DNA of 64,000 nucleotides from an uncultured Chloroflexia bacterium (lineage in GTDB: Bacteria; Chloroflexota; Anaerolineae; B4-G1; SLSP01): assembly GCA_963751345.1 (NCBI GenBank), contig CAVVUS010000014.1:192001-256000 (forward strand), read 5' to 3'. Made by a program: the position numbers and the translations under genes. The notes below the pieces were generated by a model that did no database searches, had not been told where the DNA came from, and was given only the letters and a program-made list of their open reading frames with translations. Positions 20,385-32,500 of the stretch are shown piece after piece. Each line of letters starts with the position of its first letter. Positions within the stretch are counted from its first letter, which is position 1.

Positions 20385-21020
20385 TTATTCTCGAGTCTTG
20401 TTACGTTCCTCCGGCAACTGAACCCGCTGTCGATAGAGATCCGGATCAACGACAGAGGCCATCGCCGCCAAGTTCAAGGGAAGATCCAGAAACAACTGTA
20501 TCGCATCCAGCATCGGATAGGGGTCACCCAACATAGCGTTATAGTCCACGTCAAGGTAGGTGAGATTGGGCTGCTGATCCATCCACGCGTAGACTTGGGT
20601 GAGGTGCCGCTCGAAGAGCCGCGCCATTTCCCCGTCATCGACGGCTTGCGCGTCCTCTCCACGCCGTATCAGCATACGCCGTTGCGATGCCAGAGTCTCA
20701 TCCATTTGGCGGCGCATGAAGAGAACTTTGTATCTGTAGCTATCGGGCAGATGCTGCAACAAAGCAGCGATCACCTTGACTGCCCTTCCTTGAGCATCGG
20801 CCAACCAGGCCGTATCCCCGTCCGGCAGCTTCTTGACGCGCTCGAATTCGTAGTAACCCTTGGGGTTGTCCGAATTGGGCGTGCGGACCCCGTCTTGCAG
20901 CACCGGGACACCGCCCTGCTCGAGCATACACATCATCATCGACGTGCCTGACCGCGGCAAGCCGGATACGATGATCACCGGGCTCTGCCGCGTACCGAAC
21001 AGCTTCCTCAGGAATCCCAT
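20385..21020 (-). CDS. PAPS-dependent sulfotransferase
   Basis: IIVSGLPRSGTSMM (5'-PSB loop), NPKGYYE; adjacent to PAPS synthase. Confidence 0.85.
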   Translation of the reverse strand: MGFLRKLFGTRQSPVIIVSGLPRSGTSMMMCMLEQGGVPVLQDGVRTPNSDNPKGYYEFERVKKLPDGDTAWLADAQGRAVKVIAALLQHLPDSYRYKVLFMRRQMDETLASQRRMLIRRGEDAQAVDDGEMARLFERHLTQVYAWMDQQPNLTYLDVDYNAMLGDPYPMLDAIQLFLDLPLNLAAMASVVDPDLYRQRVQLPEERNKTRE

Positions 21021-21044
21021 TGGCGCCCTCTGCCTGAAAGCGAT

Positions 21045-24343
<3,299 letters not shown>

Positions 24344-24373
24344 GGTCCCTCCTCAGAGCACAGACAGGCAAGG

Positions 24374-24410
24374 AAAAAGCTCGTACCCACGACGCTGCCG
24401 GGTACGAGCT
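24374..24410 (-). terminator. Intrinsic terminator after the translin-like gene
   Basis: agctcgtaccc...gggtacgagct 11-bp stem, with a U5 tract on the minus strand. Confidence 0.6.
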
Positions 24411-24523
24411 CCTAGACCCGATAACGGGCATCCTACTTGAACCATAGGCCTTGTCAAGCCATGCAACCTACCAGTCTGATGCAACACGACTTGCCACCTG
24501 TGCACAGCCGCCCCAATGTCTGG

Positions 24524-25168
24524 TCAAGTTCCCTTCTGCTCGACGGCCTTGAGCGCGGTAAGTAAGCGCACCATCTGCAGATTGTTCGTGACGTCGCCTC
24601 GCGTTCGCTCCAACACTCCCCGAAGCTGATCCACCCTCCGCCGCAGCCCACGCGTGATCGCATCCGGGTAGCTGAAAGACATCAGGACCTCGTATACGGC
24701 ATCCATTGCCGCCAGCAGCCGCTCTGCCTCATCAAGATTCTCGTGGCGCAACATGTCTAGACAGCGTCGCCGCAGTTCGCTCGCGGCCTCACAGACGCCG
24801 TTGAGGTACGTGTTGAGCGGTATGCCGGCGGTGTCCACGGACGGCAAGGCCCGATTCGAGATCAGGGCCAACGTCACGCGCGCCTCGACGAGCTCCTTCA
24901 GCGCATCCTGCGTATAGCCCGCATAGTCAAGCTCGGGATAGGGAGCCAGTAACGTCTGCATCTCCCGTCCGACACGCTCGGCCTCGGCCAACAGTGACTC
25001 AGCCTCATCCCATTGATCCCTATGGCCTGCGCGAATGGCGTTGGAGCAAAGACGAATCAACGCCCGGCTCTGCTGGAGGGCCTCGTCTCTGATCCGATTC
25101 TGTGTGGCAAGATCGTCCTCCGCCAGCGAGGCCAGCGAATCCAGCCAGGTGTGAAGTGCTTCGTTCAT
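24524..25168 (-). CDS. Translin/TRAX-family (C3PO-like) protein
   Basis: All-helical 214 aa with QDALKELVEA, YLNGVCEAASELRR, GLRRRVDQLR motifs of prokaryotic translin homologues. Confidence 0.8.
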   Translation of the reverse strand: MNEALHTWLDSLASLAEDDLATQNRIRDEALQQSRALIRLCSNAIRAGHRDQWDEAESLLAEAERVGREMQTLLAPYPELDYAGYTQDALKELVEARVTLALISNRALPSVDTAGIPLNTYLNGVCEAASELRRRCLDMLRHENLDEAERLLAAMDAVYEVLMSFSYPDAITRGLRRRVDQLRGVLERTRGDVTNNLQMVRLLTALKAVEQKGT

Positions 25169-25174
25169 CGTCCG

Positions 25175-25492
25175 TCACTCTCCTTCCGGCGGTGTCTTTC
25201 CGCCGAAGAAAGAACGAATAAGGTCGTCGCTCTGACCGGGCGTGGCGATCTCACCATATGTAGCCTCGTATTTGCCCAGATTCTCCTGAAGCGCCCGCAA
25301 CATCAACTTGGCATTGAGCGGTGTCATGATCACCCGCGAGCGAACGCGTACTGAGGGCTGATTGGGGAGCATCTGGGCGAAATCTACGATCAACTCCGAC
25401 GGCGTATGGGAGATCAGCGCAAAGTTTGCGTAGGTCGGTTCTAGGTCCGCCGGCAACTCGATGTTCAACGACCTTGGCTTCGGCTGTGCCAT
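25175..25492 (-). CDS. DUF3467 family protein
   Basis: YANFALISHTPSELIVDF, RVIMTPLNAK, YEATYGEI. Confidence 0.8.
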   Translation of the reverse strand: MAQPKPRSLNIELPADLEPTYANFALISHTPSELIVDFAQMLPNQPSVRVRSRVIMTPLNAKLMLRALQENLGKYEATYGEIATPGQSDDLIRSFFGGKTPPEGE

Positions 25493-25511
25493 CCTGCCTC
25501 CTCACTTAGAG

Positions 25512-25544
25512 AAAACAACAGAGGGGAGAGGTCCCCTCTGTTGT
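25512..25544 (-). terminator. Hairpin/terminator after ssb
   Basis: acaacagagggga-gagg-tcccctctgttgt perfect 13-bp stem. Confidence 0.55.
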
Positions 25545-25569
25545 CGATATGCTAGCATTGGGCAGGGGC

Positions 25570-25995
25570 TCAGAACGGGATCTCGTCCTCGGCGACGTAA
25601 TCCGGGCCCTCGGCTTCCTCGCCACCGCCACCGGGTGCGGTATCGCCGCGCCCGCCCAGGAAGATGATGCGGTCGGCTGTCACTTCGTAGCTGGCCCCCG
25701 GAGTCCCGTCCTGTCGAGTCCAGATGCGCGGGCCACCAGTGGCCTTGTCGGGCGTTAGCCGCCCCTCGACCATAACCTGCCTTCCCTTGCTCAGATACTG
25801 AGCAGCTATCTCGGCCTGCCGGCGCCAAACGGAGACGCGGAACCAAACCGTCTCCTCGCCCTGAGAGCCGTCTGAGTTCGTCCAGCGTCTGTTGGTTGCT
25901 ATGCTGAAGGACGTAACGGGCGTTCCGTCTGGGGTGTATCGCATCTCGGGGTCACGCCCCAGGTTACCGACAATGATCAACTTCTGGTAGGACAT
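25570..25995 (-). CDS. ssb: Single-stranded DNA-binding protein
   Basis: IVGNLGRDPEMRYTP, YLSKGRQVMVEGRL, acidic tail EDEIPF. Confidence 0.96.
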   Translation of the reverse strand: MSYQKLIIVGNLGRDPEMRYTPDGTPVTSFSIATNRRWTNSDGSQGEETVWFRVSVWRRQAEIAAQYLSKGRQVMVEGRLTPDKATGGPRIWTRQDGTPGASYEVTADRIIFLGGRGDTAPGGGGEEAEGPDYVAEDEIPF

Positions 25996-26160
25996 TGCGT
26001 ACGACTCCTTTCAAGAGCAATCCTTGGTGCCGCGGAGGAAGGCTAATATCCCTATTTTACTGCAGAGAGACTCGAAAGGCAAACGCAATAGCAGAAATAC
26101 GCCGCACCATCTGCATTTTGCGCCAACTCCGTTGCCAAGGGCAGGCCGGCCTGCCCGCGC

Positions 26161-27525
26161 TTAGGTCGAGGGTAGAGATGGGGGTCCTGCAGCCGGCTCC
26201 TGGACTTCGAGGTAGGGTCGCGGATTGACCCAATCCTGCAGAGCGGGCACGTGGAGCCCCTCGACACGCATTCCCAGGTGCAGATGCGTCCCGGCAGGAT
26301 CTCCCGCCGGATCGATCAACCCAAGCAAATCTCCTCTCGAGACCAGCGTGCCAATCGACACCTCGATCGTCGAGAGATGTGCGTATAAAAGCGTGATCTC
26401 TTCCCCTCCGGGTCCATAGCTGCGCACTCGAACGTGATAACCATAGCCATCTCGATCCAGCGCAACCTGCGTTACGGTGCCGGCGAGCGACGCGCAGATC
26501 GGGCTTGGCCCGGTCGACGCGTCGGCCAAGCCGAGGTCAACTCCGTTGTGCCCCCCGACCATCCCGTAGGTTTGGTAGTAGGTCTCCTGCTCCTGACCAA
26601 ACACGCGCTCGTAGTGGCGGGATGGTGTGGGCCAGAGCAATGGCATCTGCTGCGGGTCCGGTAGCCTGGGCCGGTTGGCGACTGCCGAGATGACATCCCG
26701 AGGCGTCCCGTCGGTATCCAGCCACGCGATAGGATCGAGCCGTGGATCTCGCGAGCGGAACGGGAAACCGCACGCACCCAGCACACGATCGTACTGGGCG
26801 GTCAACGTCAGGAACTCCGCATACTCACGACCCCGCCGGACAGGAGAGACGCCGGGATCTAGGTCGGCAAACTCGGTCACGATGCAGTCTCGCTGTGGGG
26901 AAGCGTCAAGATACGCCCTTAGAAACCACATAGCACCTTCATACTCACGCATCTCGTCGAGCGAGCGCCAGTAGATATGGAGGGCGACCCAGTCGGCGCT
27001 GTCAAGTGCACCTGCACATTGGTGAAGGAACACGACATCATCGCCGACCGTTGCGACATCCGGATGCGGCCGCCCGACGGCAACAAGCGCAGGAAAACCG
27101 ATCTTGACATCGTAGCCGAATCGGCCGTGTAGACACCGCACGACCTCGCCAAACCATGCCGAGAAGGCCGCTCCATCCTCCCAAGAACGTGTGAGACCGC
27201 GATCGACCCGGTTTGGCTCATCGTGAATCTCGAGGAAGCGCGCGCCGGCATCCAGGAATAGCCCGATTTGGCTTGAGAACTCATCAACGAAAGCCGACGG
27301 GGTCACGGCCTGCCTTGCCGGCGTGGGGCTCAACAGGTGGAGCACAAAGCTATCGGCTCCGGCGTCGCGCCACTTTTGGAGATCCGACACCGGATTGACG
27401 TGGCATCTTAGCCGGACCATGGGCCTATCGGCGCCCGCCAATCCGCTCGCGTAAGCGACGAGATCCGCTCGCCGCACCGGACCTGCCGGGGCAACTACGC
27501 CCGGCGCGGCGTGGCCTACACTCAA
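26161..27525 (-). CDS. M23 metallopeptidase fused to an N-terminal glycoside-hydrolase-like TIM barrel
   Basis: C-terminal GHNGVD, GYGYHV, YAHL, HLHLG (M23); N-terminal EIHDEPN, ALHIYW, IVTEF (clan GH-A-like). Confidence 0.75.
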   Translation of the reverse strand: MSVGHAAPGVVAPAGPVRRADLVAYASGLAGADRPMVRLRCHVNPVSDLQKWRDAGADSFVLHLLSPTPARQAVTPSAFVDEFSSQIGLFLDAGARFLEIHDEPNRVDRGLTRSWEDGAAFSAWFGEVVRCLHGRFGYDVKIGFPALVAVGRPHPDVATVGDDVVFLHQCAGALDSADWVALHIYWRSLDEMREYEGAMWFLRAYLDASPQRDCIVTEFADLDPGVSPVRRGREYAEFLTLTAQYDRVLGACGFPFRSRDPRLDPIAWLDTDGTPRDVISAVANRPRLPDPQQMPLLWPTPSRHYERVFGQEQETYYQTYGMVGGHNGVDLGLADASTGPSPICASLAGTVTQVALDRDGYGYHVRVRSYGPGGEEITLLYAHLSTIEVSIGTLVSRGDLLGLIDPAGDPAGTHLHLGMRVEGLHVPALQDWVNPRPYLEVQEPAAGPPSLPST

Positions 27526-28298
27526 GGGGATGCGCCCTCGATGAAACAGACCAGGCCATTGGCAATGCCCTGGGCCACAACGTTCGGGCGTTGGGTCAAC
27601 AACTCCCGATCATCGAGCATGAAACCAAGCTCGATGATCGCCGCCGGCGTGTTGGGATCTATCTCGTAGTAGGCGTGATAACGTCGCATATCGTACGTGA
27701 TCGTGTAGGGGTCAAAAGCCAGACCGGTCGCCTCTGCATAGTAACGACTCACGCAATCGACAAGCCGGTCCTCAGGGTCAGGAATATAGCTGGATTCAGC
27801 ACGCGCCATCTTGAAGCCGGAACGCCCCTCCACATTGCAGGAATCCGAATGGATGGAGAGCAGCGCATCTGCCTGGAAGCCCTGCAGGCGCGCATCGAAC
27901 TCCTCAAGTTGCTCCACCTCCCAACCGCGTGCCGCCAGCAAGGCCACTACGCGCCGTGCGACGTCCGAGTTGATATCAACCTCCTGGAGTCCGTCGTCAC
28001 AGACTGCGCCGCTGTCGCTGCCGGTATGTCCGGCAATGATACCGACGTGCGGGACGGTGGGCGTTGGGGTGAACTGGGGTACCGGCGTCGTCGTGGGCGT
28101 AGGCACTTCCGTACGGAGGGGGATAACAATTGGGCCCTCTACCTGGGTAAGCTCCCCACTCTCATCCGTCGCCACGGCCACGATGGGAACCAGGCCTGTG
28201 GGCACTGTGAAGGCCGCGATAAAGGCAAGAAATACCACCACACGGACCGCCCAGCCCATTGCCCACGGATCGGAATCCGTCTTCCTTTTTATTGGCAT
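27522..28298 (-). CDS. Membrane-anchored N-acetylmuramoyl-L-alanine amidase (Amidase_3)
   Basis: N-terminal TM and PT linker; IIAGH, EVDIN, LSIHSD, AIIELGFM. Confidence 0.85.
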   Translation of the reverse strand: MPIKRKTDSDPWAMGWAVRVVVFLAFIAAFTVPTGLVPIVAVATDESGELTQVEGPIVIPLRTEVPTPTTTPVPQFTPTPTVPHVGIIAGHTGSDSGAVCDDGLQEVDINSDVARRVVALLAARGWEVEQLEEFDARLQGFQADALLSIHSDSCNVEGRSGFKMARAESSYIPDPEDRLVDCVSRYYAEATGLAFDPYTITYDMRRYHAYYEIDPNTPAAIIELGFMLDDRELLTQRPNVVAQGIANGLVCFIEGASP

Positions 28299-28325
28299 TT
28301 GTCCCCATACACCCCTGGATAGCGC

Positions 28326-29114
28326 CTAGCGCATACGGCGCTTCCACTCATCCTTGATCTGGATCTGGCCCCAGTCGTCTCGATGAGTCAGGAAGTCGCG
28401 CAGCAGCCGGCTGAACTTATTCGCCTCGTCCAACATAGGATAGTGCTGGGCCCCGTCAAAGACAAATGAATATACGTTGCGCCCCAACATCGCCAGTGAT
28501 CCCTCATCCGGCGGAGAGATGATGGGATCATCCTGTCCGCTGACGAGAAGGATTGGAAGATCCTGATCCCGGAGCATTTTAACCAGATCCGCCGCAAGCA
28601 CCGAGCGCACACTCCGTACCACAGCTTCCCCGTCGGTCTTTGCAGCTTCCATATCCACTTCTTCGTAGGATTTGAGCCGCCGCCCCAGGATCACCTTCGC
28701 CGGGTTGTCACCACCGCTATAGCTTGCCAGAGCGCGTGTGATACCCTCACCCGACAGAGGGACACTGACCGCCATCACCTGATCCACGCGGTCAGCATGA
28801 GCCATAGCGAAAGAGATCGCAACAACTCCGCCGAGGCCGTGACCGATGATGGGCACCCGCCCGATCCCCATCTGATCCAGGAACAGCTCAACCTGGGCGA
28901 CGTAACCCGGGATATCGTAACGACCGGCAACTCTGTCCGAGTCACCGAATCCCCAGAAATCGAGGGCGTATGCCCGATAGGATGACGACAGCTCGACCAT
29001 CGTGGGCACCCAGTAGCGCCAGGAACCCAGCCAACCGTGCAGAAAGAGCAAGGGCCGACCCCGGCCCAATGCCTCATAGTGCACCAGGCTGCTCTCAAGG
29101 ATAATGGCGCTCAT
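28326..29114 (-). CDS. Alpha/beta-hydrolase fold protein lacking the nucleophile Ser (pseudo-hydrolase)
   Basis: LHGWLGSW, DFWGFGDS, GHGLGG in place of GHSxGG; Asp (GQDD) and His (QHYP) retained. Confidence 0.85.
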   Translation of the reverse strand: MSAIILESSLVHYEALGRGRPLLFLHGWLGSWRYWVPTMVELSSSYRAYALDFWGFGDSDRVAGRYDIPGYVAQVELFLDQMGIGRVPIIGHGLGGVVAISFAMAHADRVDQVMAVSVPLSGEGITRALASYSGGDNPAKVILGRRLKSYEEVDMEAAKTDGEAVVRSVRSVLAADLVKMLRDQDLPILLVSGQDDPIISPPDEGSLAMLGRNVYSFVFDGAQHYPMLDEANKFSRLLRDFLTHRDDWGQIQIKDEWKRRMR

Positions 29115-29126
29115 CGCATGAGTTCA

Positions 29127-29166
29127 CACGTCGAAAGGTTGACCCGCCCGCACGTTCAAGCGGCGA
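29127..29166. repeat. Degenerate 8-nt-period repeat (5 units)
   Basis: cacgtcga aaggttga cccgcccg cacgttca agcggcga. Confidence 0.4.
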
Positions 29167-29175
29167 TCACCCTCA

Positions 29176-29562
29176 TCAGAGGCTCCGACCCTTCTCAGTA
29201 TCCCCCAGGACACGCTCGACTTGCTCCGTGAGGTCGTCCGGTGCAAAAGGCTTGAGGATGTAGTCAACCGCGCCCACGTCGAGCCCCTCTTGGATCTCGC
29301 TCTCCTGTCCCTTTGCCGACAGGAAGATCACAGGCACATCCTTGGTCTCGGCTCGCTTCTTCAGCGCTTCACAGGCCTGATAGCCCGTCATCCTGGGCAT
29401 TCGCACGTCCATAAGAATCAGATCGGGATTGACCTCAAGCGCTTTCTCGACAGCCTCCGCTCCGTTTGCGACCAGGACCACCTCATGGCCTGCGAACTGG
29501 AGCGTGAAGGCAATCAGCTCCCGGATGTCACGCTCATCTTCAGCAACCAGGATCTTCGCCAT
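29176..29562 (-). CDS. Single-domain response regulator (CheY-like)
   Basis: KILVAEDE, LILMDVRMP, FLSAK, YILKPF. Confidence 0.92.
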   Translation of the reverse strand: MAKILVAEDERDIRELIAFTLQFAGHEVVLVANGAEAVEKALEVNPDLILMDVRMPRMTGYQACEALKKRAETKDVPVIFLSAKGQESEIQEGLDVGAVDYILKPFAPDDLTEQVERVLGDTEKGRSL

Positions 29563-32500
29563 ACTTGGACTCCTTGTCAGCGCCATTTTCGCTGATTTCA
29601 GCATAGACATCAGCCGCCAGCTCGTCCACGGAGAACGGTTGTGGCACGAAGCGGATACCGGTCTGATCCTTCAGCTTTTCCTGTAGTTCTGCAGCCTGAC
29701 TCTGCGCAGCAATGTCGGACCCATAGGTCACCACCACCGGGACCTTGGACGTTCTACGATCCCGCCTGAGGCGATCCAGGAATAGATACCCGTCGATGTC
29801 CGTCAGTGCAAGGTCAAGCACCACCATCGCAGGGCACAGATGACGGGCCAGCCCGAGCGCTCGCTCCCCACGCATTGTCGCCCTCACCGCGATGCCCCTC
29901 GTCCGTAGAGCTGAACGCAGTTGGTCCAGCGATTCACCGGTGCCGCCGGCCAACAGGACCACTTCGTGTGGTCGCAGGTTGCGTCGAATGACATCAAGGA
30001 GTTTCTGCTCATCCAGCGGCTTATTGAGGTAGTCGAATACGCCTAATGCTCGCCCACGGTCGCGGTCCGAGACCACCGAGACGATGGCCACCGGGATATC
30101 AGCGGTCTCCGGATCTCGCTGGAGCAACTGCAACACCGCAAGGCCATCAAGATCCGGAAGACGGATATCCAGCGAGATGAAATCAGGAAGCTTCTCACGC
30201 GCCATCTGCAGCGCCGCCTCACCTGAGGCAGCTTTCAGCACCTTCATGCCCTCTGACTCGAGCGTGACCTGAAGCAGCCTGGAAATCTCCGGATCGTCCT
30301 CCACGACTAAGATCGTAGGTACCGGCTCGGTGGTCACCGGTGGAGGCAACACACCCACATCCTCGGTGGGCTCACCTTCTGCAAGAGGAATCGAGAAGGT
30401 GAAAATGCTACCCTTTCCGAGCTCGCTTTCAAGCCAGATGCTGCCCCCGTGCATCTGGATCAGCGAAAGCGTGATAGCGAGTCCCAGGCCGGTGCCCGAC
30501 ACTTCATAGACAGCAGGGTCGTCTTCGACGCGGTAGAACCTCTCGAAGATGCGTTTCTGGTTCTCGGGCGCTATGCCGATGCCCGTGTCTGCCACCGCCA
30601 CGTGTAGTGAAGCCTCGCGGACGTAGGTATAGACAGTAACCCGTCCACCTGCCGGAGTGTACTTGTAGGCATTGCCAATCAGGTTCAGCAGGATTTGTAT
30701 GAGCCGGTCGGGATCTCCATAGACCTTGGGCAACCCCGGGGGAAGAACAGTGAAAAACGTCTGATCCTTCTCCGCGACCCTTGGCTCAACGTCGGCAGCA
30801 ACTTGGGTGATGATCTCTTCCATTGAGACCGGACGGCTCAAGAGCTCGATCCGCCCTTGCTCAATCCGGGAAATATCCAACAGATCGTTGACGAGGTTCG
30901 TCAAGCGGTCCGCATTGGTCTTCACCCGCCTGAGAAACTCCAACTGCATCTCCGGAAAGGTCCCTGCGGCGCCGTTGAGCATCAGATCGACGTAGCCGAC
31001 AATGGAGGTCATAGGCGTCCGGAGCTCGTGAGAGACCGTGGAGACGAAATCGGTTTTCGCTCGATCGGCCTCGATCTCAGAGGTGACATCCCTAAAGACA
31101 GAGACGACCCCAAGGAATTCCCTCGTAGTCGATACCACGGGGGAGATATGGACGCTCACGTAGCGGCGATCAACCGTAAGCCGCCGCGTAAGAATGGCGC
31201 CGGCGGCGTAGCGTTCCGGATACGTACGCCAGTTCACGATCGGCGAAAGCCACTCGTGTACATCACTGCTGAACAATCCCAAGATCTCGGTTTGGTCTCG
31301 TCCTAACGCTTGCTGACGCATAATGGAGAGTATCTTCTCCGCAGCAGCGTTGAAGAGGACAATGTCACCACGCTCATCCGCAACCATCACGCCGTCCGCG
31401 ATATCCTCCAGGATGGCCTGGTCCTTGGCTGCATCGATCTGCTGTGTGCGTAACATCGTGCCGAGCCGCTCCGCTTGCTCGCGGATAAGACGATAGAGTT
31501 CGGCGTTGTTCAGGGCATTTCCCAACTGGACGGCAGCAGCCTCGACCAGACGTAACTGCGCCTCGTCAAAGACGTCTACCAGCGGCGACTCAAATAGGAT
31601 AACGCCAAGCGACTCTCCGGCGCTGCTGACGATGGGAACAGCCATCACCGACAAAGCCGACCCGACCTCCACCAGGCCGAACCGATTCTCGAGGCGTACA
31701 TCAGGAATCACCAACGATGTGCGTTTTTCCAGCACCCACCCCACAAGGCTGGTGCTGCGATCGAAAGCCACCAACCTGCCCCCCGGAGGGATTGGCTCCG
31801 CATGCCCAATCGCCGCGCGGTAGGATAGCTGCCCCGTGCTGTTGTCGAGCAGGATGACAGAACTGCGCGAAGCTCGGACGGCTCGCTGCAGCAGCATCAA
31901 AGCTTGGCTCAACACGAGATCAATATCAAGGCTCGCCACCAGCTCCGAAGCAATATGATAGAGCACCTCGGAACGATCCCGTTGGAAGCGCAGGCGCTCC
32001 AGCGCCTCAGCAAGCTCCTGCGTGCGCTCCGAAACGCGCTCCTCCAATTCCTCATTGAAGTGCTTGACTTCCTCAAAGAGACGCGCATTGTCTACTGCCA
32101 CCGATACCTGATCCGCCAATGCCATCAGTGTCGCGACATCCGCTGCAGAAAACTCCCCCTTTTGCTTACGGTCGGCAGTGAGAATGCCCACGGACCGACC
32201 CTCGGCCATCAGAGGCACCACGATGGAGGAGCCCATTGGGATAGGCGTGGAGGCAAACCGAGGATCATCCTCGGTATCCTCGGCCACAATCGGCATCCCC
32301 GTGTGAATCACTTCACGAATAAAGCCCGCCTCACCAGTCATCGAGACGTCGGCAGGGTAGTACTCCAATGCATAACCCGAAGACGCCATCGGCGTAAAGG
32401 CTTGCTCAGTGCGGTTCTGGAGGAATATGGTGGAGAAGTCGTAGCCCAGGAGATTCGTAACAGACTGCACAACGGTGTTCAGGACCAACGGCAGATCCAG

